Assembly: GCF_055900595.2 (NCBI RefSeq)
Contig: NZ_CM148325.1
Reading direction: 5' to 3' (one strand)
Length of the DNA: 64,000 bases
Notes under the pieces: model-generated
What the model was told of the DNA's origin: nothing
The model's database searches: none
What the model saw: only the letters and a program-made list of their open reading frames with translations
Translations under genes and position numbers: made by a program
Part shown: piece after piece, positions 40,597 through 57,502 of the stretch
How positions within the stretch are numbered: the first letter of the stretch is position 1
Layout: each line of letters starts with the position of its first letter

Positions 40597-41508
40597 TTAA
40601 TCGGTTAGATGTAGGAAAGCCGCACCACGCATTCCTCCCGCATCACCGTGGCGCGCGCGTTCAATGCGCGGAACACGAGCTACAGGTAAGAGATGACGAG
40701 GCAGCCTGTCCGCCAGTTGCGTTGTGATTGCCGGGAAATTCGATAAGCCACCACCAATGACGACCAGGTCAGGGTCAACAATGGTCAGGATATTTCCCAT
40801 ACAAACCGCTAACAAATCCAGATAACGCTCAACGTGCGCCCTTGCCTGCTCATCGCCTTGATCATAAAGCGCAATAATTTCGGGAGCCTGCAACGGTTGA
40901 TGATAATAGTGTTGATACAGCCACGCAAAACCGCGACCAGACAGATAATTTTCAATGCAGCCATGCTGACCACAGCCGCAGCGGCGTAACGGGAAATCCA
41001 ACCCCATCATGGTTAACGCATCAACCGGCAGACGCATATGGCCAAACTCGCCGGTAATATAGCTTTTACCGGTAATTGGTTTACCGTTGAAAATCAGCCC
41101 GCCGCCAACGCCGGTGCCGAGAATCAACCCCATCACCAGTGGATATTGAGTAAATTCATCATCCCAGGCTTCTGAAAGGGCAAAACAGTTGGCATCGTTA
41201 TCAAGGCGGACATCGCGATCAAGACGTACGCTCAGGTCGGCACGCAGCGGTTTACCGCTGGCAGCGGGGACATTGGCAGCATACAGCGTACCATCTTCTG
41301 TTTCCGGCATTCCCGGAATACCGATGCCTACAGAACCTTTACAGCCAAAACGCTTATCGGCTTCAGCCACCAGCTCGCACACTGCATCTAAAAATGCGTC
41401 ATAGCTGTCACGCGGTGTCGGCACCCGCTTTTCCCACTGCAACTGCCGACCGCTATCAAACACGCCAAGCGCAATTTTTGTTCCACCAATATCAAACCCG
41501 TAATACAT
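40597..41508 (-). CDS. nagK: N-acetyl-D-glucosamine kinase NagK
   Basis: ORF 40597..41568; 303 aa from [17 protein letters not shown] (ROK family). Confidence 0.95.
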   Translation of the reverse strand: MYYGFDIGGTKIALGVFDSGRQLQWEKRVPTPRDSYDAFLDAVCELVAEADKRFGCKGSVGIGIPGMPETEDGTLYAANVPAASGKPLRADLSVRLDRDVRLDNDANCFALSEAWDDEFTQYPLVMGLILGTGVGGGLIFNGKPITGKSYITGEFGHMRLPVDALTMMGLDFPLRRCGCGQHGCIENYLSGRGFAWLYQHYYHQPLQAPEIIALYDQGDEQARAHVERYLDLLAVCMGNILTIVDPDLVVIGGGLSNFPAITTQLADRLPRHLLPVARVPRIERARHGDAGGMRGAAFLHLTD

Positions 41509-41536
41509 TGCCGCTCCTTGTTTTAATGTACTGCCT

Positions 41537-44794
<3,258 letters not shown>

Positions 44795-44936
44795 CTAAAT
44801 TGCCATGTTTTATCATCAATCTTGCCGCCTGATCTTAATCTGAAAAATCATCCAATACAGACAGATACCCATTACACCTCGGGTCATAACCCGCAGGATC
44901 AACCGCATGTAAATTAAAAAAGAGCGTGTTGTCCTG

Positions 44937-46010
44937 ATGAAACAAAAAGAGCTATGGATTAACCAGATCAAAGGGTTATGTATTTGTCTTGTAGTGATTT
45001 ATCACTCGGTCATTACCTTTTATCCGCATCTGACCACTTTTCAGCATCCGTTATCGGAAGTCCTGAGCAAATGCTGGATCTATTTCAATCTTTACCTTGC
45101 CCCCTTTCGTATGCCGGTTTTTTTCTTTATTTCTGGCTATTTGATTCGCCGCTATATCGACAGCGTACCGTGGGGAAATTGTCTCAATAAACGCATCTGG
45201 AACATCTTCTGGGTGCTGGCGCTGTGGGGCGTGGTGCAGTGGCTGGCGTTAAGTGCGCTGAATCAGTGGCTGGCACCTGAGCGCGATTTAAGCAATGCCT
45301 CCAATGCCGCTTATGCCGATTCCACCGGTGAGTTCCTGCACGGGATGATCACCGCCAGCACCAGCTTGTGGTATCTGTATGCTTTAATTGTCTATTTCGT
45401 GATATGTAAACTTTTTAGCCGTCTGGCGCTGCCACTATTCGCCTTGTTTGTGCTGCTGAGTGTCTCTGTTAATTTCGTTCCCACGCCGTGGTGGGGAATG
45501 AACAGCGTGATCCGCAATTTGCCTTATTACAGTCTTGGCGCATGGTTTGGCGCAACATTAATAACCTGTGTTAAAGCGGTGCCGTTGCGCCGCCATCTGC
45601 TGATGGCTTCTTTGTTGGCCGTTCTGGCGGTCGGTGCCTGGTTGTTTAATATCTCGCTGCTGTTGTCGCTGGTATCGATTGTGGTGATCATGAAGCTGTT
45701 TTATCAGTACGAGCAACGCTTCGGTATGCGCTCCTCCAGCCTGCTGAATGTGATTGGCTCCAACACCATTGCTATCTATACCACCCATCGCATACTGGTA
45801 GAAATATTCAGCTTAAGCCTGATTCCGCAAATGAACGCGGCACGCTGGTCGCCGCAAGTCGAACTGACGCTCCTGCTGGTTTACCCCTTTGTCAGTTTGT
45901 TGATTTGTACTGTTGCGGGCTTGCTGGTAAGAAAACTTTCACAGCGCGCATTCAGCGATCTGTTGTTCTCCCCGCCTTCTCTGCCCGCTGCCGTCAGTTA
46001 CTCCCGCTAA
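44937..46010 (+). CDS. ycfT: Acyltransferase-3 family inner-membrane protein YcfT
   Basis: 357 aa, multi-TM, MKQKELWINQIKGLCICLVVIYHSVITFYP... Confidence 0.9.
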   Translation: MKQKELWINQIKGLCICLVVIYHSVITFYPHLTTFQHPLSEVLSKCWIYFNLYLAPFRMPVFFFISGYLIRRYIDSVPWGNCLNKRIWNIFWVLALWGVVQWLALSALNQWLAPERDLSNASNAAYADSTGEFLHGMITASTSLWYLYALIVYFVICKLFSRLALPLFALFVLLSVSVNFVPTPWWGMNSVIRNLPYYSLGAWFGATLITCVKAVPLRRHLLMASLLAVLAVGAWLFNISLLLSLVSIVVIMKLFYQYEQRFGMRSSSLLNVIGSNTIAIYTTHRILVEIFSLSLIPQMNAARWSPQVELTLLLVYPFVSLLICTVAGLLVRKLSQRAFSDLLFSPPSLPAAVSYSR

Positions 46011-46137
46011 GCCATCGCCCCAGCCGGGGCGATTCAATTTGCTAAACCATGTCGATTACGGATAATGAACAGCATTGCTTATCAGAGATATGCCCCCATA
46101 TGTTGAGGCATATCCTAACGAGAATCTGACAACCGTT

Positions 46138-49100
46138 ATGCCTGAACAATATCGTTATACGCTGCCCGTCAAAGCGGGTGAGCAGCGTCTGCTGGGCGAG
46201 TTAACTGGCGCTGCCTGCGCGACGCTGGTAGCGGAAATTGCCGAACGTCACGCCGGTCCGGTGGTACTTATTGCACCAGATATGCAAAATGCCCTGCGTT
46301 TGCATGATGAAATCAGCCAGTTTACCGATCAGATGGTGATGAATCTGGCGGACTGGGAAACCCTTCCCTACGACAGTTTTTCGCCTCATCAGGACATTAT
46401 CTCCTCACGCCTTTCCACTCTTTACCAGCTACCAACGATGCAGCGTGGCGTACTGATTGTTCCGGTGAATACGCTTATGCAGCGCGTTTGCCCGCACAGT
46501 TTCCTCCACGGCCACGCGCTGATGATGAAAAAAGGTCAGCGGTTATCTCGTGATGCCTTGCGTACGCAACTGGACAGTGCCGGTTATCGCCATGTTGACC
46601 AGGTGATGGAGCACGGCGAATACGCCACGCGCGGCGCGTTGCTGGATCTTTTCCCGATGGGCAGCGACTTGCCTTATCGTCTTGATTTTTTTGATGATGA
46701 AATCGATAGCCTGCGCGTATTTGACGTTGACAGCCAGCGTACGCTGGAAGAAGTAGAAGCGATCAATCTGTTGCCCGCGCACGAATTTCCGACCGATAAA
46801 GCGGCGATTGAACTGTTCCGCAGCCAGTGGCGCGATACCTTCGAAGTGAAGCGCGACCCGGAACATATTTATCAGCAAGTGAGTAAAGGCACATTACCTG
46901 CCGGGATCGAGTACTGGCAGCCGCTATTCTTCAGCGAACCGCTGCCGCCACTGTTCAGTTATTTCCCTGCCAATACGCTATTGGTGAATACTGGCGATCT
47001 GGAAAACAGTGCCGAACGTTTCCAGGCTGACACGCTGGCGCGTTTTGAAAATCGCGGCGTCGATCCGATGCGTCCACTGTTGCCACCACAATCGCTCTGG
47101 CTGCGGGTAGACGAGCTCTTTTCAGAGCTAAAAAACTGGCCGCGTGTGCAGCTAAAAACTGAACATTTACCGACAAAAGCAGCGAATGCCAATTTAGGTT
47201 TCCAGAAGCTGCCAGACCTGGCCGTTCAGGCACAACAAAAAGCGCCGCTGGATGCGCTGCGTAAGTTCCTCGAGTCTTTCGACGGCCCGGTGGTGTTCTC
47301 GGTAGAAAGTGAAGGCCGCCGTGAAGCGCTGAGTGAGTTGCTCGCCCGAATCAAAATCGCCCCACAACGCATTATGCGTCTTGATGAAGCCAGCGACCGC
47401 GGGCGTTATCTGATGATTGGCGCTGCCGAACATGGCTTTATCGATACGGTACGTAATCTGGCGCTGATTTGCGAAAGCGATCTGCTCGGTGAACGTGTTG
47501 CTCGTCGCCGTCAGGACTCACGGCGCGCCATCAATCCTGACACGCTGATCCGTAACCTCGCGGAGCTGCATATTGGTCAGCCGGTGGTCCATCTGGAGCA
47601 CGGCGTCGGTCGCTATGCCGGAATGACCACGCTGGAAGCCGGCGGCATTACCGGCGAGTATTTGATGCTCACCTATGCCAACGACGCCAAATTGTATGTT
47701 CCGGTGTCGTCGCTGCATCTGATTAGCCGTTATGCAGGTGGCGCGGAAGAAAATGCCCCGCTGCATAAACTTGGCGGCGATGCGTGGTCACGCGCGCGGC
47801 AGAAAGCGGCGGAAAAAGTGCGTGATGTGGCGGCAGAATTGCTGGATATCTACGCACAACGCGCCGCCAAAGAGGGCTTCGCGTTTAAACACGACCGTGA
47901 GCAGTATCAGTTGTTCTGCGACAGCTTCCCGTTTGAAACCACGCCGGATCAGGCGCAGGCCATTAATGCGGTGCTTAGTGACATGTGTCAGCCGCTGGCA
48001 ATGGATCGTCTGGTGTGCGGCGATGTTGGCTTTGGGAAAACTGAAGTCGCGATGCGCGCCGCTTTCCTGGCGGTAGATAACCACAAGCAGGTGGCGGTGC
48101 TGGTGCCTACCACCCTTCTCGCGCAGCAGCATTACGACAACTTCCGCGACCGTTTCGCCAACTGGCCAGTACGCATCGAAATGATCTCCCGTTTCCGCAG
48201 CCCCAAAGAGCAGACGCAAATCCTTGCGGAAGTGGCAGAAGGGAAAATCGATATTCTGATCGGTACGCACAAACTGCTGCAAAATGACGTCAAGTTTAAA
48301 GATTTAGGCTTGCTGATTGTCGATGAAGAACACCGCTTCGGGGTGCGTCATAAAGAGCGCATTAAAGCGATGCGGGCGAACGTGGATATTCTGACACTTA
48401 CCGCAACGCCGATCCCACGTACGCTGAATATGGCAATGAGCGGAATGCGCGATCTGTCGATTATTGCCACGCCGCCAGCCCGTCGTCTGGCAGTTAAAAC
48501 CTTTGTTCGTGAGTACGATAGTCTGGTGGTACGGGAGGCGATCCTGCGCGAAATTCTGCGCGGGGGGCAGGTTTATTATCTCTACAATGATGTGGAAAAC
48601 ATTCAGAAAGCCGCCGAACGACTGGCAGAACTGGTACCAGAAGCGCGGATCGCCATCGGTCACGGGCAGATGCGCGAGCGCGAACTGGAACGGGTGATGA
48701 ATGATTTCCATCATCAACGTTTTAACGTGCTGGTTTGTACCACCATTATCGAAACCGGGATCGACATCCCTACCGCCAACACCATTATCATTGAACGCGC
48801 GGATCACTTCGGTCTGGCACAGCTGCACCAGTTGCGCGGTCGCGTCGGACGTTCGCATCATCAGGCATATGCATGGTTGCTGACGCCGCATCCAAAAGCG
48901 ATGACCACCGATGCGCAAAAACGTCTTGAAGCGATTGCCTCGCTGGAAGATCTCGGTGCAGGTTTTGCGCTGGCAACGCACGATCTGGAGATCCGCGGCG
49001 CAGGTGAACTGCTTGGCGAAGAACAAAGCGGCTCAATGGAAACCATCGGTTTCTCGCTGTATATGGAGTTGCTGGAAAACGCCGTCGATGCGCTGAAAGC

Positions 49101-49584
49101 CGGACGCGAGCCATCGCTGGAAGATCTCACCAGTCAGCAAACAGAAGTCGAGCTGCGGATGCCGTCGCTATTGCCAGATGATTTCATTCCTGACGTGAAT
49201 ACGCGTTTGTCGTTCTATAAACGTATTGCCAGCGCCAAAACGGAAAACGAACTGGAAGAGATCAAAGTTGAGCTTATCGATCGCTTCGGCCTGCTGCCGG
49301 ATCCGGCGCGTACCCTGCTGGATATTGCCCGTCTGCGCCAGCAAGCGCAGAAACTGGGGATCAGGAAGCTGGAAGGTAATGAGAAAGGTGGGGTGATCGA
49401 ATTTGCCGAGAAGAATCACGTTAATCCGGCCTGGTTGATTGGTTTGCTGCAAAAACAGCCACAGCATTACCGCCTTGATGGTCCGACGCGCCTGAAGTTT
49501 ATTCAGGATTTGAGCGAGCGGAAAACGCGTATCGAATGGATTCGCCAGTTTATGCGTGAACTGGAAGAGAACGCGATCGCTTAA
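46138..49584 (+). CDS. mfd: Transcription-repair coupling factor Mfd
   Basis: ORF 46075..49584; 1148 aa from MPEQYRYTLPVKAGEQRLLGELTGAACATLVAEIA...; helicase motifs GDVGFGKTEVA and DEEHRFG. Confidence 0.97.
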   Translation: MPEQYRYTLPVKAGEQRLLGELTGAACATLVAEIAERHAGPVVLIAPDMQNALRLHDEISQFTDQMVMNLADWETLPYDSFSPHQDIISSRLSTLYQLPTMQRGVLIVPVNTLMQRVCPHSFLHGHALMMKKGQRLSRDALRTQLDSAGYRHVDQVMEHGEYATRGALLDLFPMGSDLPYRLDFFDDEIDSLRVFDVDSQRTLEEVEAINLLPAHEFPTDKAAIELFRSQWRDTFEVKRDPEHIYQQVSKGTLPAGIEYWQPLFFSEPLPPLFSYFPANTLLVNTGDLENSAERFQADTLARFENRGVDPMRPLLPPQSLWLRVDELFSELKNWPRVQLKTEHLPTKAANANLGFQKLPDLAVQAQQKAPLDALRKFLESFDGPVVFSVESEGRREALSELLARIKIAPQRIMRLDEASDRGRYLMIGAAEHGFIDTVRNLALICESDLLGERVARRRQDSRRAINPDTLIRNLAELHIGQPVVHLEHGVGRYAGMTTLEAGGITGEYLMLTYANDAKLYVPVSSLHLISRYAGGAEENAPLHKLGGDAWSRARQKAAEKVRDVAAELLDIYAQRAAKEGFAFKHDREQYQLFCDSFPFETTPDQAQAINAVLSDMCQPLAMDRLVCGDVGFGKTEVAMRAAFLAVDNHKQVAVLVPTTLLAQQHYDNFRDRFANWPVRIEMISRFRSPKEQTQILAEVAEGKIDILIGTHKLLQNDVKFKDLGLLIVDEEHRFGVRHKERIKAMRANVDILTLTATPIPRTLNMAMSGMRDLSIIATPPARRLAVKTFVREYDSLVVREAILREILRGGQVYYLYNDVENIQKAAERLAELVPEARIAIGHGQMRERELERVMNDFHHQRFNVLVCTTIIETGIDIPTANTIIIERADHFGLAQLHQLRGRVGRSHHQAYAWLLTPHPKAMTTDAQKRLEAIASLEDLGAGFALATHDLEIRGAGELLGEEQSGSMETIGFSLYMELLENAVDALKAGREPSLEDLTSQQTEVELRMPSLLPDDFIPDVNTRLSFYKRIASAKTENELEEIKVELIDRFGLLPDPARTLLDIARLRQQAQKLGIRKLEGNEKGGVIEFAEKNHVNPAWLIGLLQKQPQHYRLDGPTRLKFIQDLSERKTRIEWIRQFMRELEENAIA

Positions 49585-49727
49585 TGGTAAATCGGGGGCG
49601 TTTCTGCGCCCCCATATCCAACATTTACAAATTATTTGCACTTCCCTGCACTATCCGACACTGTCACCATCCATAATTCAGGCTTATCTGTTTATTACAA
49701 TAACCTTATATTTATTATGGATTTTTG

Positions 49728-50690
49728 GTGATGATCAAAACGCGTTTTTCTCGCTGGCTAACGTTTTTTACGTTCGCCGCTGCCGTGGCGCTGGCGCTAC
49801 CGGTAAAAGCCAACACCTGGCCGCTGCCGCCAGCAGGCAGTCGTCTGGTTGGCGAAAACAAATTTCATGTGGTGGAAAATGACGGTGGTTCTCTGGAAGC
49901 CATCGCCAAAAAATATAATGTCGGCTTTCTCGCTTTGTTACAGGCTAACCCCGGCGTTGATCCTTACGTGCCGCGCGCGGGTAGCGTGTTAACGATCCCG
50001 TTGCAAACCCTACTTCCAGATGCGCCGCGCGAAGGCATTGTGATCAATATTGCGGAACTGCGTCTCTATTACTACCCGCCGGGTAAAAATTCGGTAACCG
50101 TGTATCCCATCGGCATTGGTCAGTTGGGTGGTGACACGCTGACACCAACAATGGTGACCACCGTTTCTGACAAGCGTGCAAACCCAACCTGGACGCCAAC
50201 GGCAAACATTCGCGCGCGGTATAAGGCACAGGGAATTGAGTTGCCTGCGGTAGTTCCGGCTGGACCGGATAACCCAATGGGCCATCATGCGATTCGTCTG
50301 GCGGCCTATGGCGGTGTTTATTTGCTTCACGGTACGAACGCCGATTTCGGCATTGGCATGCGGGTAAGTTCTGGCTGTATTCGTCTGCGGGATGACGATA
50401 TCAAAACACTCTTTAGCCAGGTCACCCCAGGTACCAAAGTGAATATCATCAACACCCCGATTAAAGTCTCTGCCGAACCAAACGGTGCGCGTCTGGTTGA
50501 AGTACATCAACCGCTGTCAGAGAAGATTGATGACGATCCGCAGCTGCTGCCAATTACACTGAATAGCGCAATGCAATCATTTAAAGATGCAGCGCAAACT
50601 GACGCTGAAGTGATGCAGCATGTGATGGATGTCCGTTCCGGGATGCCGGTGGATGTCCGCCGTCATCAAGTGAGCCCACAAACTTTGTAA
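49728..50690 (+). CDS. ldtC: L,D-transpeptidase LdtC (YcfS)
   Basis: ORF from 49725; likely GTG start at 49728 (MMIKTRFSRWLTFFTFAAAVALALP...); LysM and YkuD domains. Confidence 0.93.
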   Translation: MMIKTRFSRWLTFFTFAAAVALALPVKANTWPLPPAGSRLVGENKFHVVENDGGSLEAIAKKYNVGFLALLQANPGVDPYVPRAGSVLTIPLQTLLPDAPREGIVINIAELRLYYYPPGKNSVTVYPIGIGQLGGDTLTPTMVTTVSDKRANPTWTPTANIRARYKAQGIELPAVVPAGPDNPMGHHAIRLAAYGGVYLLHGTNADFGIGMRVSSGCIRLRDDDIKTLFSQVTPGTKVNIINTPIKVSAEPNGARLVEVHQPLSEKIDDDPQLLPITLNSAMQSFKDAAQTDAEVMQHVMDVRSGMPVDVRRHQVSPQTL

Positions 50691-50706
50691 ATCCTGAATA
50701 AAAAAA

Positions 50707-50738
50707 TCCCCGCGACACGGCATGTCGCGGGGAAAAAA
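50707..50738. terminator. Bidirectional terminator between ldtC and bhsA
   Basis: ccccgcgacacggcatgtcgcgggg hairpin flanked by A/T runs on both sides. Confidence 0.65.
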
Positions 50739-50772
50739 ATCAGCAGTAGCAGGCATTAATGAGGGTTAATGC

Positions 50773-51030
50773 TTATTTATAAATTACTGCTGTTCCATGG
50801 AGGGTATTCGGACCGGTTACAGAAGTAATACGGAAAGATTTCGCGCCCATCTCATCCGCTTTTTGCGCCAGCTGCTCTTCCAGCGATCCCAGATTTGTCC
50901 CCGCGTTAGCACTGATAGTACCGACTTTTTGTTGGCCTTCTGGCGTTGACTGAACTTCGACAGCCGCAAAGCTGGCAAATGACATGGAGCTTAAAATCGC
51001 CGCAGCGATGAGGGTTTTTACGTTTTTCAT
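50773..51030 (-). CDS. bhsA: Multiple stress resistance outer-membrane protein BhsA (YcfR)
   Basis: 85 aa, MKNVKTLIAAAILSSMSFASFAAVEVQSTPEGQQKVGT... Confidence 0.95.
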   Translation of the reverse strand: MKNVKTLIAAAILSSMSFASFAAVEVQSTPEGQQKVGTISANAGTNLGSLEEQLAQKADEMGAKSFRITSVTGPNTLHGTAVIYK

Positions 51031-51270
51031 AATAGTGGCCTTATGCAGATGAATGACGTCGCAAGCAATTACTTAACGATCGATAACTAAATGATAGATG
51101 TGATCTGGATCACATACAAGATATTTTTTATAACAATCATTAATTAATTTAAAAATCTTTAAATTTCAGTTAAATAGAAAGCAATTATTTTTATGGTTTG
51201 TGGACTGGTGAACGGAGGTGATTATTTTTATAATAACCTTTCATTCACAGTCACCAGGTACAACGGCATC

Positions 51271-51903
51271 ATGGCAACTGACTCAACACAATGTGTAAAA
51301 AAAAGCCGTGGCCGCCCAAAAGTGTTCGACAGGGATGCCGCGCTTGATAAGGCCATGAAATTGTTCTGGCAGCACGGTTATGAAGCGACTTCTCTTGCGG
51401 ACCTCGTCGAAGCGACCGGAGCCAAAGCGCCCACGCTATACGCGGAATTTACCAACAAAGAGGGGTTATTCCGCGCCGTACTCGACCGCTATATCGATCG
51501 TTTTGCCGCTAAGCATGAAGCACAGCTGTTTTGTGAAGAGAAAAGCGTGGAGTCTGCGCTGGCTGACTATTTTGCTGCCATCGCCAACTGCTTTACCAGC
51601 AAAGACACCCCGGCTGGCTGCTTTATGATCAACAACTGCACCACCCTCTCCCCGGATTCCGGAGATATCGCCAATACGCTGAAATCACGCCATGCGATGC
51701 AAGAGCGCACTTTGCAGCAGTTTTTATGTCAACGACAAGCGCGCGGGGAAATCCCGACCCACTGTGATGTGACGCATCTGGCTGAATTCCTTAATTGTAT
51801 TATTCAGGGGATGTCGATCAGCGCACGCGAAGGTGCATCGCTGGAAAAACTGATGCAGATTGCCCGAATGACTTTGCGTTTATGGCCCGAACTGGTGAAA
51901 TAA
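51271..51903 (+). CDS. comR: TetR-family repressor ComR (YcfQ)
   Basis: ORF 51193..51903; 210 aa from MATDSTQCVKKSRGRPKVFDRDAALDKAMKLFWQHGYEATSL... Confidence 0.93.
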   Translation: MATDSTQCVKKSRGRPKVFDRDAALDKAMKLFWQHGYEATSLADLVEATGAKAPTLYAEFTNKEGLFRAVLDRYIDRFAAKHEAQLFCEEKSVESALADYFAAIANCFTSKDTPAGCFMINNCTTLSPDSGDIANTLKSRHAMQERTLQQFLCQRQARGEIPTHCDVTHLAEFLNCIIQGMSISAREGASLEKLMQIARMTLRLWPELVK

Positions 51904-51965
51904 GGCGCAAAAAAAAGCCCCTCAGCCTGAGCGAATGGGGGGCTAAATTGCAGAATACAGCCTTG

Positions 51966-52505
51966 TTATACTTTGTTATTCAAAATCAGTTGCCCGTTGC
52001 CATCTAACGGGATCTGCGTACCCGGATCGCGGTCCATGCGGATTTTGCCCTGCTGATCGCCAATCTTATAGGTCACATCATAACCGAGCATTTTTTCTGA
52101 CTTGTCATACACCGTTTTACAACGCTGTTGCGTAGTCGTGTAAGTATCGCTTTCCTGGAGAGAGCCCTGGATCTGGTTACCGGCATAGCCACCTCCCAGC
52201 GCCCCCACAACAGTGGCGACATCTTTACCGCGACCACCGCCAAACTGATGCCCTATCACGCCGCCAGCAACAGCGCCGAGCACCGACCCGGTAATGCGAT
52301 TTTCATCCTGCACCGGTCGACGATGGGTCACTGTGACGTTGCGACACTCCTGACGCGGTGTTTTAACCGTTTCCTTGATTGGGGTTGCAGAAACAACCTG
52401 AGCGTATTGCGGGCCACGTTCAAACACGTTCAGACTGGCCACTGCCGCTACGCCCAACGCAGCTGCGACACCAATCCCCATACCCGCCAACATTGATTTA
52501 TTCAC
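51966..52505 (-). CDS. ycfJ: YcfJ (glycine-zipper membrane protein)
   Basis: ORF 51966..52544; 179 aa from an internal GTG (MNKSMLAGMGIGVAAALGVAAV...). Confidence 0.88.
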   Translation of the reverse strand: MNKSMLAGMGIGVAAALGVAAVASLNVFERGPQYAQVVSATPIKETVKTPRQECRNVTVTHRRPVQDENRITGSVLGAVAGGVIGHQFGGGRGKDVATVVGALGGGYAGNQIQGSLQESDTYTTTQQRCKTVYDKSEKMLGYDVTYKIGDQQGKIRMDRDPGTQIPLDGNGQLILNNKV

Positions 52506-52631
52506 GGGAACACCTCCTTCTTTGCTGTTATGCCAATCATGCAAGTGAAGGAGAAAAGCAGCTATCAGACAGAAGATGAAAAGCGCGGGAATGGCTGGAA
52601 ATACTTAGGGATTCGGAGGAGTCTGAAGGAA

Positions 52632-52721
<90 letters not shown>

Positions 52722-52731
52722 TACAAGCCGA

Positions 52732-54036
52732 TTAATGCAACTTCAAACGTGGACGGATAACGCGGTTAATACTCCCCACCAGCATCATTAATCCGGTTTT
52801 AAAGTAACCATGCAGCGCAATCTGATGCATTCTGTATAGCGAGATGTATACAAAGCGCGCAATTCGTCCTTCAATCATCATTGAGCCGCGCGTCAGGTTA
52901 CCCATCAGGCTACCGACGGTGGAGAAGTTCGACAGCGATACCAGAGAACCGTGATCTTTATACTGATAATTTTTCAGCGGCTTACCGTTCATCTGCGCCA
53001 GAATGTTGTTCATTGCGCAGGTTGCCATCTGGTGTGCGGCCTGCGCACGCGGCGGAACAAAGCCCCCTTCCGGACGCGGGCATGACGCGCAGTCGCCAAT
53101 AGCGTATATGTCTGGATCGCGAGTGGTTTGCAGCGTCGGTTCCACCACCAGCTGGTTGATACGGTTGGTTTCAAGACCACCGATATCTTTCAGGAAGTCT
53201 GGCGCTTTGATCCCGGCTGCCCACACCATCAGATCAGCCTCAATATATTCACCATCTTTAGTGTGCAGGCCGCCTTCATCAGCGCTGGTGACCATGGTTT
53301 GCGTCAGCACGCGAACGCCAAGTTTCGTTAACTCATTATGGGCCGCAGCAGAGATACGTGGCGGTAATGCAGGCAAAATACGTTCGCCCGCTTCTACCAG
53401 CGTTACGTTCAGGGCTTCGTTGGTCAGGCCTTTGTAACCATAGCTGTGCAGTTGCTTGACCGCGTTGTGCAATTCTGCGGAGAGTTCTACACCCGTCGCG
53501 CCGCCGCCGACAATCGCAATGTTCACTTTACCATTCGCGCCCAGGTTGGCGGAGTATTTCAGGAACAGATTCAGCATCTCCTGGTGGAAACGACGCGCCT
53601 GATGCGGGTTATCGAGGAAAATGCAGTTCTCTTTGACTCCTGGCGTATTGAAATCGTTAGAGGTGCTGCCCAACGCCATTACCAGGGTGTCATAGGCGAT
53701 TTTACGTTCCGGAACCAGCAGTTCACCTTTCTCGTCGCGCAGTTCTGCAATAGTGATTGTTTTCGCTTCACGATCGATATCAATGACGGAACCCAGCTGG
53801 AACTGGAAACCATGATTGCGCGCATGGGCCAGATAGCTCAACGCATCGACGCCTTCATCAAGCGAGCCAGTCGCCACTTCGTGCAGCAGCGGTTTCCACA
53901 AGTGGCTGTGGTTACGATCGACCAGCGTAATTTTGGCTTTTTTCTTGCGTCCCAGCTTATGTCCCAGCTGTGTCGCCATTTCCAGCCCACCAGCACCGCC
54001 GCCGACAATCACAATTTTTTTCAATGGCGTAGTCAA
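52732..54036 (-). CDS. ndh: NADH:quinone oxidoreductase II (NDH-2)
   Basis: ORF 52732..54063; 434 aa from [29 protein letters not shown]... Confidence 0.96.
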
Positions 54037-54298
54037 CGTGACCCCCTTAAATTTATTAACCAATTGTTAACTAATAGTTATTAATATAGCTCTTAATTAA
54101 CAATAGGTTACAGCAATGAAAATGTTCTTCGTTATTGAGAATAACATGAATGGTGCATTGGTCATACCAAAATTGATGTTAATCAAGTTTTGTTGCTGAA
54201 AAGATAGTCTGATTTACCGGATGAGATCAAAAAATACAGCTTATTGTTTATTATTTAAACGAATTCAGGAGGGTGAGACGTATATGGAGGGCGTTTGG

Positions 54299-54375
54299 TA
54301 GGCCTGATAAGACGCGAGCGGCGTCGCATCAGGCACATTGCCAGTGTCGGATGCGGCGTGAACGCCCTATCCGAC
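54299..54375. repeat. REP/BIME palindromic elements
   Basis: ggcctgataagacgcgagcggcgtcgcatcaggca plus gtcggatgcggcgtgaacgccctatccgac. Confidence 0.7.
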
Positions 54376-54441
54376 CTACAGAATTTACAGAATCTGGAAC
54401 GCATCAGGTATCAGCAAGGTTACCTGATGCGACGAGGGCAT

Positions 54442-54984
54442 TTAACCGAGGGTTTTGAACGCTTTAATGCGCTGCAAATGCGGGGAGATATTCTTGAATT
54501 TGTGCGTCTGCTCTTCGTCCCAGACAATCTCGTAATAATGATGCAACTCTTCAGATGTCCGCTGGCTGTTAAGCGCTTCATCGTTACGCGACAAAATCAC
54601 CAGACAACGATCGCGATTCTTTTCGCGGAAGTTGGTCACACACTTAGTGGCAATATCGGCATACTCTTCCGGGCGATCAATCTTGCCTTCCATGTTCTCA
54701 TAAGGGAACAAATTAGGATTGAAGATCACCTGGCGGATATCGCAAAGAAAACCAATTCGCTCCGCCCAGTATCCGCCCAGACCAACGCCGCATATCAGCG
54801 GACGCTCATCGACGTTTAGTTGCAGCATTTTGTCCACTTCTTTGAGCAGATGCTGCATATCATGTTTCGGATGCCGCGTACTGTAGCTTATCAAGCGTAC
54901 ATCCGGGTCAATAAACTGCAATTGTAAGACTTTCTCGTGGTTACCCGGACTGTTAGAGTCAAAACCGTGTAAATAGATAATCAT
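54442..54984 (-). CDS. ycfP: Esterase YcfP (alpha/beta hydrolase)
   Basis: ORF 54442..55041; 180 aa from [24 protein letters not shown]... Confidence 0.93.
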
Positions 54985-55006
54985 CGCTTCCTCACATAAG
55001 CCAGGG

Positions 55007-56847
<1,841 letters not shown>

Positions 56848-56867
<20 letters not shown>

Positions 56868-57489
56868 CTTTACCTGACCAGATAATTTCGCCCGTCTGCA
56901 CCAGCATCAGCTGCATTTGTAGGGTCGGAGCGTTAACGTTGCCAGAGGCGCTGGAGTACAGCACGTAATGAGCGCCGACATTGCGGGCAATGCCTATGGC
57001 TTTACTACGGGTACCTAAACTGTCCTGCGGCGACAAACCTAACTGTTGCTTCGCCATCGACAGCTGCTGGGCGGAAACCAGGGTAAATTTACCGTTATTA
57101 GCCAGCGCATTTCGCAGCGTTTCGGTCGCTTCTGCGGCATTCAGCGAACCGTTAGTACGGTTGTTAACGCTATCAACCAGAAGGACGCTACCCGCAGTCA
57201 CCCCGTCAGCCCCAAGCATCTTACTGACCATCGGCTGCATTGCGCCATTCCAGTCATAATGGCGAATATGCGGTGCAGGCGGTGCAGTTTGATCTTCGTG
57301 CTCAATTGGGCCTGGCTGCTGCGGGATCGTCGGCACCGAGGGCACTGTGGGGACAGGCTGTTGTGGCTCGGCTGGTTGTTCCGGCGCTGGTTTCACTTCT
57401 TCTACCGGTGCAGGTTCACGTTGCCCCACACACCCGGCGAGAAACATCGCCAGCGCGGTAATCAAGGCGTAGCGACTCATTTTTGTCAT
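56848..57489 (-). CDS. lpoB: Outer-membrane lipoprotein LpoB (PBP1b activator)
   Basis: 213 aa from [20 protein letters not shown] (lipobox), proline-rich linker. Confidence 0.93.
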
Positions 57490-57502
57490 CAAGATTCACC
57501 CC

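Noticed and set aside
46201-49641. Numerous antisense or overlapping ORFs within mfd (e.g. 48304..49026, 47788..48282)
   Set aside because: mfd is unambiguous; these are shadow ORFs in a long GC-rich gene.
54401-54430. Palindrome gcatcaggta...tacctgatgc near the ycfP 3' end
   Set aside because: Probably part of the adjacent REP/BIME cluster or the ycfP terminator rather than a distinct regulatory site.
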